From positions 704,001 through 768,000 of the forward strand of contig CAWETI010000002.1 in the NCBI GenBank assembly GCA_963812015.1: a stretch of 64,000 nucleotides of DNA, given 5' to 3'. The translations under genes and the position numbers were made by a program. Position 1 is the first letter of the stretch. Each line of letters starts with the position of its first letter. Shown here piece after piece: positions 57,337 through 64,000 of this stretch. The notes below the pieces were generated by a model that worked only from the letters and a program-made list of their open reading frames with translations, ran no database searches and was not told where the DNA came from. This DNA is from an uncultured delta proteobacterium. Its GTDB lineage: Bacteria > Desulfobacterota > Desulfobaccia > Desulfobaccales > 0-14-0-80-60-11.

Positions 57337-57374
57337 GTCAACGGCGCGACCATCCGCACGTACTTTCCCCCGCC

Positions 57375-57890
57375 TCACAGCTTCTTGAACCGTTGTTGGC
57401 GCTGGCGTTGGCTTTTGGGCAAGCGTCGGGCCGGGCCTTTCTTGCGGGTGCCCCGGCCGGCAGGGTCCGCCTCGGCGTCAGGCTCCGTGGTCCCGTCGGG
57501 GGCGTGCAGATAGGACAATTCGAATTGACCGGCGTTGATCCAGGTAGCCTTCACCTGCTCGGCGCATCCCTGGATCTCCCGATCCGAGGTGACCACCAGG
57601 GCGCCTTCCCGCTCCTGGTTCAGCAACCGCTTAATGACCTCGTCGGCCCGCTCACCCCGGCGGGAATACACGATCAGGATGCCCTGATACCGGTCCCGGC
57701 TTTCTTTAAGATCACCTCGCTGCCAGCCGTCAAATACCACAGTAATGCGGTGATGGGACCGGCTGCGATACTGGGCCAGCAGTTCTAACAAGGCTTCCCG
57801 GCCGGCTTGCAGATCCATGGCGTCCAGGAGCTGCAACTGGGGAGATTGCCTAATCAAATTGTAGCCATCAACAATGAGGTGCATAGTCAT
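57375..57890 (-). CDS. YacP/Rae1-like NYN domain ribonuclease
   Basis: IVDGYNLI, VVFDG, ADEVI and VVTSD motifs. Confidence 0.88.
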   Translation of the reverse strand: MTMHLIVDGYNLIRQSPQLQLLDAMDLQAGREALLELLAQYRSRSHHRITVVFDGWQRGDLKESRDRYQGILIVYSRRGERADEVIKRLLNQEREGALVVTSDREIQGCAEQVKATWINAGQFELSYLHAPDGTTEPDAEADPAGRGTRKKGPARRLPKSQRQRQQRFKKL

Positions 57891-58007
57891 ATAATACTAA
57901 AAAAAAATAATAAAGTACGTTAACGCAAAAATATAATTGTCAATTCAAACTATTCTTGCTATAGTATGTTCCGGTTACGTCATGTTACCACAGAGGGGGA
58001 GGATGAA

Positions 58008-58655
58008 ATGAATATGCGTAACTTACTACACGTGATGCTCGCGTTGGTGCTGGGGGCGGCGCTGGCGGGGTGCGGCGGGGGCCAGGGGAAGCCCGATACC
58101 GCACTTACTCTGGATACGCCGTTGCCTGATTATGAACAACAGCAAACCGCTTTAACACCGGAACAGCAGTATATTGCGCAACTGTTGCAGCAAAAAGGTT
58201 ATAACCGCGATCCTGATAAACCCATGGTCATCGTGGTTCACAAACTCAGCCGCAAACTCACCTGCTACCGGGGTCTGACCCCGCTCAAGACCTATCCCGT
58301 GGTCTTGGGAAACGACCCGTATAACGATAAATTGTGCCAGGGTGATGCTTGCACCCCGGAAGGGGTCTACCGGGTCCGGGCCAAATACCCGCATCCCAGA
58401 TGGGACTGTTTTATTTGGCTGGATTATCCCAATACCGATAACTGGCTCAAGTTTGCCCGGGCCAAAAAAGCGGGGCGCGTCCCTCCGGAAGCGGACATCG
58501 GAGGCCAGGTCGGCATCCACGGGACTGAAGACCCTTACCGGAACATTTCCGGGGAAAATTGGACCAAGGGCTGCATCTCTTTGCTCAATAAAGACCTGGA
58601 CGAGATCTATCCCCTGGTGAATGATAAAACCCTGGTGGTCATCACCCGGCAATAA
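58008..58655 (+). CDS. L,D-transpeptidase (YkuD) lipoprotein
   Basis: LAGC lipobox; TPEG, DYPN and GIHG...TKGCI catalytic motif. Confidence 0.88.
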   Translation: MNMRNLLHVMLALVLGAALAGCGGGQGKPDTALTLDTPLPDYEQQQTALTPEQQYIAQLLQQKGYNRDPDKPMVIVVHKLSRKLTCYRGLTPLKTYPVVLGNDPYNDKLCQGDACTPEGVYRVRAKYPHPRWDCFIWLDYPNTDNWLKFARAKKAGRVPPEADIGGQVGIHGTEDPYRNISGENWTKGCISLLNKDLDEIYPLVNDKTLVVITRQ

Positions 58656-59001
58656 CTTCAAGGTTCAGGCCGTAACCGGCTCCGGGGTGATTGGCCGGGG
58701 TACGGAGTGCAAAAGGGGCAGACCGGCGTCTGCCCTTTTTCGCGTCCACAGGCTGGCACTGCAGGGTCTGCCCCAGTTGGGTTCCGCCGTGCCGGGCCGG
58801 TATCCGGCCTTCCCAGGTCCGCCCCCCAGGGCGAGGCGACTTTGCCCCTGCCAAGCCGCAGGAGCGGGGTTTCCCCGCCTCAAGACCCGCCGGCGCCTGG
58901 AAATTGCCCATCCCCTGACAAGCAGAAGAGGGGCGGTGCACTCCCCGCCCCTCCTCGAAACCCTGGCGCCGCGCCTTCCCCCCAGGGGGGCCGGCACCGG
59001 G

Positions 59002-60492
59002 TTATTTGGGAATCTCCACCGTCTGGTAGAGGGTGCGGCCGGCGCGTTTGATCAAGAACCGGGCGACGGACTCTTTCTTCACCTTGGCAATGGTCTCCCG
59101 ATATTCTTTGACCGTGCTGACCGCCACGCCATCCACTTCCAGGATCAGGTCTCCCGCCCTGAGACCGGCATCAGCCGCGGGGCTGCCCGGCGCCACCTGG
59201 ATCACCACCACCCCCTTGTTATCCCGGAGGCGGAACTGGCTGGCGAGATTCGGGTTCAGATTCTGCACCTCCAACCCCAGAGGCGCCTTATCGGCCTCTT
59301 GCTTTTCGCCGGCCTGGGCCTGCCGCTCATCGGTGAGTTCCACGATGGTCAGGGACAGGGTCTTTTCCTTGCCTTGACGCAAGACTTTGATGGTGCTCTT
59401 GGTCCCCGGCGGCGTCTCCGCCACCTGTCGGGGCAATTCATTCATCTCATGGATGGGGTGGTCGTTGTATTCAATGATAATATCGCCCCGTTGGATGCCG
59501 GCCTTTTCGGCCGGCGTGCCGGGATTGACTTCGGCCACCAGAGCGCCTTTCGGTTCAGACATGCCGAAGGTCTTGGCCAACTCCGGGGTGACATTCTGGA
59601 CCTGCACCCCGATCATGCCCCGGACCACCTTGCCCTTTTCCCTTAGCTGGGGAATGATGGACTGAGCAATATTGCTGGGGGTGGCAAAGCCGATGCCCTG
59701 CCCGCTGGCCAAAATCGCGGTGTTGATGCCGATCACCTCTCCCTTGAGGTTGAGAAGGGGGCCGCCGCTGTTGCCCGGGTTGATGGAGGCGTCGGTTTGG
59801 AGGAAGTTGTCATAGGGCCCAGCGCCGATGACCCGACCCTTGGCGCTGATTATCCCCTGGGTGACGGTGTGCCCCAGGCCAAAGGGGTTGCCCACGGCCA
59901 GGACCCAGTCTCCCACCTGAATGGCCTCGGAATCCCCCAACTTCAGAAACGGCAGGTCTTTGGGCGGATCGACGATCTGGATCAGGGCCAGGTCGGTTTT
60001 GGGATCCCGGCCTTTGACGGTGGCCTGGTATTCCTTGCCGCCAACCAGGATAACCTTGATCTTTTCCGCGCCTTCCACTACGTGGTTATTGGTCACCACA
60101 TAGCCTGTGGGATCGATGATGAAGCCGGAACCGAGACTGCGAGCTTTATAGCTCTTGGGCATTTCCCCGAAATACTTGTCAAAAAAATCCCGGAAATCTC
60201 GGGACGGGCCCTCGGGACCGAAAGGCATTTTTTGGTCAGGACCCGGCGCCGGCATCTGGCGGCCCTCACCGAAAAATTCCCGCATCTGATTTTTTACCAG
60301 TTTTTCCGTGCTGATATTGACCACCGCGCCCGAGACCTCCTTGGCCAGCTTGGCAAAGGTATCCGGGGCCAAATAGGCGGGGGCCTGGCCCTGGGCTTGG
60401 GCCCAGGACGGCTGCGGGGTCGGGCCCAAGGGCCCCAGGCCCAGCAAGGCCCCAACCATGATAAGGCTAATTATGGGGCTGCGCTTTTTCAT
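59002..60492 (-). CDS. degP: DegP/DegQ (Do) serine protease with two PDZ domains
   Basis: GSGFI, TNNHV, TDLA and INPGNSGGP motifs. Confidence 0.92.
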   Translation of the reverse strand: MKKRSPIISLIMVGALLGLGPLGPTPQPSWAQAQGQAPAYLAPDTFAKLAKEVSGAVVNISTEKLVKNQMREFFGEGRQMPAPGPDQKMPFGPEGPSRDFRDFFDKYFGEMPKSYKARSLGSGFIIDPTGYVVTNNHVVEGAEKIKVILVGGKEYQATVKGRDPKTDLALIQIVDPPKDLPFLKLGDSEAIQVGDWVLAVGNPFGLGHTVTQGIISAKGRVIGAGPYDNFLQTDASINPGNSGGPLLNLKGEVIGINTAILASGQGIGFATPSNIAQSIIPQLREKGKVVRGMIGVQVQNVTPELAKTFGMSEPKGALVAEVNPGTPAEKAGIQRGDIIIEYNDHPIHEMNELPRQVAETPPGTKSTIKVLRQGKEKTLSLTIVELTDERQAQAGEKQEADKAPLGLEVQNLNPNLASQFRLRDNKGVVVIQVAPGSPAADAGLRAGDLILEVDGVAVSTVKEYRETIAKVKKESVARFLIKRAGRTLYQTVEIPK

Positions 60493-61876
60493 CCTTCTTC
60501 TCCTCTTTATCCTGGCTGGGTGATGCTCCCGGCAGGGACTGCATGGCAGACTTCTTCCCCACGACAACCAGGAGATATTTATCCGGGTGGAGATATAGAT
60601 CGGCCACTTTCTGGATATCCGCAGGGGTCAAGTGCTCGATGAGATCCGGATAGCGCCAGGGGTAATCCAGTCCCAGGCCATAAACTTCCACATATCCCAA
60701 GAGCCAGGCGCGCTTGGACATGGAGTCCATCTTCCGGGGAAAGCTGCCGATCAGATAAGACTTGGCGTCGTTAAGTTCCTCCGGCGTCACCGGTTGGGTC
60801 CGGATGCGCCGCAGTTGTTCCACTACCTGGGTGATGGCCTCCCCGGCCGTGGCGTTTTTAGTCTCCAGGGACACCGCGAAGGGGCCGGGGGCCAACCCCG
60901 GAGAAAAGCCGCTGGAAACGTTATAAACCAGGCCCCGGCTCTCCCGGATTTCGTCCATGAGCCGGGACGCGAAGCCCCCGCCCCCCAAGATGTAATTCAT
61001 CACCTGCACGGCATAAAAATCCGGATTGTTCCGGGCGATCCCCAGATGGCCCAGGATGATGTTGGCCTGGCTGATGTCTTTATCGATCACTACTTCTCTG
61101 CGTTTTTCCAGGGGAGGAATAGCAGGCAAGGCGGGGGCCGGGATGGGGGCCGCGGCCCAGGCCCCGAAGGTTTTGGCAACCCACTGGTTCGCTTCGTCCT
61201 GAGTTAAGTCGCCCACCAGGCTTAAAATCGCATTGTTGGGCCGGTAGTACTTCCGATGAAACTCCACCAAGTCCTTGGGGGTAATGGCCGACAGTCCCGG
61301 GACCGTGCCCAGGACCGGATGGCCATAGGGAAAGGCCCCATACAGGTCCTTGAGGAAGACTCGCGACGCCACCACCCCGGGCTCATCTTCTTCGCTAAGG
61401 AGCGACGCTTTGGCCTGGCTCACTTTCCGCTGTACTTCCGCCGCAGGGAAAGTGGGGTTCATCAAGATATCCTTGAACAGGTCCAGGGCCGGGCCCAGGT
61501 CCTTTTTCAGCACCGTCAGGCTGATCGTGGCGAAATCATCGCCCCCCGCCGCCCCCAGCTGCGCCCCCAAAAAATCCAGTTCTTCCGCAATCTTGGCCGA
61601 AGAGCGGGTTTTGGTGCCGTTGCGCAGCAGGGAGGCCGTCAGGTTGCCCATCCCTTCCTTGCCCGGGGGGTCTTCCAGGGTTCCGGCCTTGATAATGAGT
61701 TCCAGGGTCACCAGGGGCAGTTCGGCCTGCCGGGAAAAGAGCCATACCAGGTTGTTGGGCAGTTGCTGCCGGGTTCCCAGCACCTGGGACGCCGGCGCCG
61801 CTAAAGCTGCACCGCTCCACAGCAAAACTCCAATGACCATCCAGGTAAAGCGTTTAAGCACTTTTTTCTCCATCAT
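60467..61876 (-). CDS. M16 peptidase, non-catalytic subunit
   Basis: M16 fold (LGGGGFASRL..EIRE.RGL.Y) without HxxEH. Confidence 0.85.
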   Translation of the reverse strand: MMEKKVLKRFTWMVIGVLLWSGAALAAPASQVLGTRQQLPNNLVWLFSRQAELPLVTLELIIKAGTLEDPPGKEGMGNLTASLLRNGTKTRSSAKIAEELDFLGAQLGAAGGDDFATISLTVLKKDLGPALDLFKDILMNPTFPAAEVQRKVSQAKASLLSEEDEPGVVASRVFLKDLYGAFPYGHPVLGTVPGLSAITPKDLVEFHRKYYRPNNAILSLVGDLTQDEANQWVAKTFGAWAAAPIPAPALPAIPPLEKRREVVIDKDISQANIILGHLGIARNNPDFYAVQVMNYILGGGGFASRLMDEIRESRGLVYNVSSGFSPGLAPGPFAVSLETKNATAGEAITQVVEQLRRIRTQPVTPEELNDAKSYLIGSFPRKMDSMSKRAWLLGYVEVYGLGLDYPWRYPDLIEHLTPADIQKVADLYLHPDKYLLVVVGKKSAMQSLPGASPSQDKEEKKDEKAQPHN

Positions 61877-61918
61877 GATCGCGCCTGCAAGATTACAGCC
61901 GTCAGCTATCGGGCTGGA

Positions 61919-63373
61919 TTAACGAATCTCGCCTCCCGGTCGAAACTGCCCGGTCGGGGCTTTGCCGTTCTTGAGGGGCACCAAGATCCCCACGGCCAGG
62001 TTATTGGCCACCAGGTATTTTCTGGCCACTTCCCGGATCTGGGCGCTGGTGACCTGCTGAATCTTGGGAATGAATTCTTTGAGCAGGGTCCAGCGGGCCA
62101 CGGTCTCGGTCCGCCCCAGCAGCATGCCCCGGTAGAAGATGGAATCCATGGCCATATAAAAGGAGGCCGCCACCTGATTTTTGACCTTTTGCAGCTCCTT
62201 GTCGCCCACCGGGTCGGTTTGCAGCCGCTTGATCTCAGCCTCCAGGGCCGCCTGTAGCTGAGCGATGGTCTTCTTCGGCATGGGTTGGCCGTAAAGCGAA
62301 AACACGTAAGGGTCGGTGGTGTCAAAACTATAGTCCGCCCCGGCTTCCAGGGCCAGCTTCTGCTGGTACACCAGGTTATGATACAGCCGGGAACTGCGGC
62401 CCTGGGAGAGGATCCGGGACAGCAACTCCAGGGGATAGGCGTCAGGGCTCTCCCAGTTAGGCGCGTGATAGTTCATGAGGATGGCAGGGAACTGGGCCTC
62501 CCGGGACACCTCCACCCGGCACGGCCCGTGATGTTCGGGCTCCTGGGCGGTAACCTTGGGAGGCTCCGGCCCCGCCGGCAACTTCCCGAAGGTCGCTTCA
62601 ATCTGGGTAAGGGCTTCCTTGGGGTCGATATCGCCCACCACCACCAGGGTGCAGTTGTTGGGGAGATAGTAACGGTGGTAATAGGCGCGGTAATCGTCCA
62701 GGGAGATGCTTTCGATGTCATGGAGCCAGCCGATCACCGGCCACTGGTACGGGTGGGCTTCAAAGGTGGCGGCCATGGCGACTTCCTGCATGAAGCTCCC
62801 CGGGTCGTCTTCGGTGCGCATGCGCCGTTCCTCGATTACCACCTTCTTTTCAGTTTCGAAGGCCTTTTCGTCGACATTGACGCCCCGCATGCGGTCCGCT
62901 TCCATCTCCAGCCAGTGGCGCAACTGGTCTTTGGGGCCGGTTTCGAAGAAGGCGGTATAATTCCTGGAGGTAAAGGCATTATCCGTGCCTCCCACCTTCT
63001 GCACATCCCGGGAGAAAACCTTGGGCGCAAACTTGGCCGTGCCTTTGAACATCATGTGCTCGCACAGGTGGGAGATGCCGGTCTTGCCCAGAGATTCATT
63101 GCGGGAGCCCACTTTGTACCAAAGCTGGAGGGAAACGATGGGGGCCCGGCTTTCCTGCAAGAGCAGCACCTTGAGGCCATTGGCCAGTTTGTGCTCCACC
63201 ACCTTATCAAAGAGGTTGCCATTCTCCGCCGCTCTGAGGGGGATGGCGCTTAGCCATAGCCAGGTCACGGCTACCAGCGCCGCTAACAGCCAGATCCGCC
63301 GCCGGCCGGGAGCCCAGCCGGACCCGGAACGGCCGGCGCCGCCTAATTTCAGATGGTGCGAGGCAAAAGTCAT
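61919..63373 (-). CDS. M16 zinc peptidase, catalytic subunit
   Basis: GISHLCEHMMFKGT, NAFTS and EERRMR motifs. Confidence 0.9.
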   Translation of the reverse strand: MTFASHHLKLGGAGRSGSGWAPGRRRIWLLAALVAVTWLWLSAIPLRAAENGNLFDKVVEHKLANGLKVLLLQESRAPIVSLQLWYKVGSRNESLGKTGISHLCEHMMFKGTAKFAPKVFSRDVQKVGGTDNAFTSRNYTAFFETGPKDQLRHWLEMEADRMRGVNVDEKAFETEKKVVIEERRMRTEDDPGSFMQEVAMAATFEAHPYQWPVIGWLHDIESISLDDYRAYYHRYYLPNNCTLVVVGDIDPKEALTQIEATFGKLPAGPEPPKVTAQEPEHHGPCRVEVSREAQFPAILMNYHAPNWESPDAYPLELLSRILSQGRSSRLYHNLVYQQKLALEAGADYSFDTTDPYVFSLYGQPMPKKTIAQLQAALEAEIKRLQTDPVGDKELQKVKNQVAASFYMAMDSIFYRGMLLGRTETVARWTLLKEFIPKIQQVTSAQIREVARKYLVANNLAVGILVPLKNGKAPTGQFRPGGEIR

Positions 63374-63490
63374 AGGATTCCTAACTTCGCAATAGGTTGG
63401 GTTCAGGAAGGATCAGGTGCACAATCCTTAACCGGTCACGAGTTTAACGTAAAGTCTCCCTTGACCGATTTCAAGGGAGCCAGGAAAAGT

Positions 63491-63997
63491 TTATTCCGGT
63501 CCCGTCGTTTGCCTCCCGGTCGTCCGGGATATGGCTGAGGCTTCGAAGTTGGGCCTCCAGACCGCAAGAGTAATCAGCGCCGCCAGGCTGGCGCCGGACA
63601 TATCCAGGAGGACATCCCCAATGCACCCGGTCCGGGAGCTGCAAAAACTTTGGTGCCCCTCGTCCGTCGAGGCAAATAACAGACAAAACCCCAACGACCA
63701 GAGGAACGCCACCCCCGGCCGGTAATCCGCATGCCCGCGAAAAGCCCGGAACCAGAGAAAGTACATGCCGCCGTAAACCAGAACGTGGCCGGTTTTCCGC
63801 AGATAGAAATTGATCGCATCAATCCGGGCCGGTTTCAGGGCCACGACCCAGGACAGCAGCCATTGCAGCAAATGCCCGGTATTATCGCTCGAACCGAGAT
63901 CTCCCGACATGCCTATGACCGCCAGGCTCCAAAGAATGGGGGGAACCCAATAATACAGCAAGAGGGGCTTCCGCCAAATAGGTATGGTCATGCCCAA
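63491..63997 (-). CDS. VanZ-family membrane protein
   Basis: RKTGH..Y and ASTDEGHQSF...RTG...DV.LD motifs; start uncertain near the window edge. Confidence 0.8.
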   Translation of the reverse strand: MGMTIPIWRKPLLLYYWVPPILWSLAVIGMSGDLGSSDNTGHLLQWLLSWVVALKPARIDAINFYLRKTGHVLVYGGMYFLWFRAFRGHADYRPGVAFLWSLGFCLLFASTDEGHQSFCSSRTGCIGDVLLDMSGASLAALITLAVWRPNFEASAISRTTGRQTTGPE

Positions 63998-64000
63998 AAG

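Overview
Bacterial genomic window, most consistent with an anaerobic deltaproteobacterium (Desulfobacca/Syntrophobacterales-like, inferred from gene content only). Left third (<1-21528): a tRNA-Thr(CGT)-targeted integrative element whose right att site lies at 21480-21528. It carries a tyrosine integrase, an AlpA-like protein and an unusually complete replication module. That module comprises a putative SSB, an SF2 helicase, a primase fused to a PriL-like Fe-S domain and a P-loop helicase, a 13-iteron origin candidate, a family A DNA polymerase and a Cas4-like nuclease. The element also has a TerS-like gene, its own IHF subunit, a structured intergenic RNA candidate and AT-richer cargo resembling the Dpd (7-deazaguanine) defence genes dpdE-F-G-H, which run off the left edge. 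No capsid or conjugation genes are visible. Right of the att site: an IS remnant, a symporter/nagZ pair, catalase-perR, a selenocysteine formate dehydrogenase with NuoEF, two diguanylate cyclases and a B12-riboswitch cbiK locus. That locus includes a second, unexplained attenuator leader. Then come tRNA-Gln, the Wood-Ljungdahl acs/CODH cluster, a lexA-RecA-like-small protein-PolB2 cassette whose polymerase contains an in-frame palindromic repeat insertion, and housekeeping genes. All assignments come from reading motifs by eye; no searches were run.
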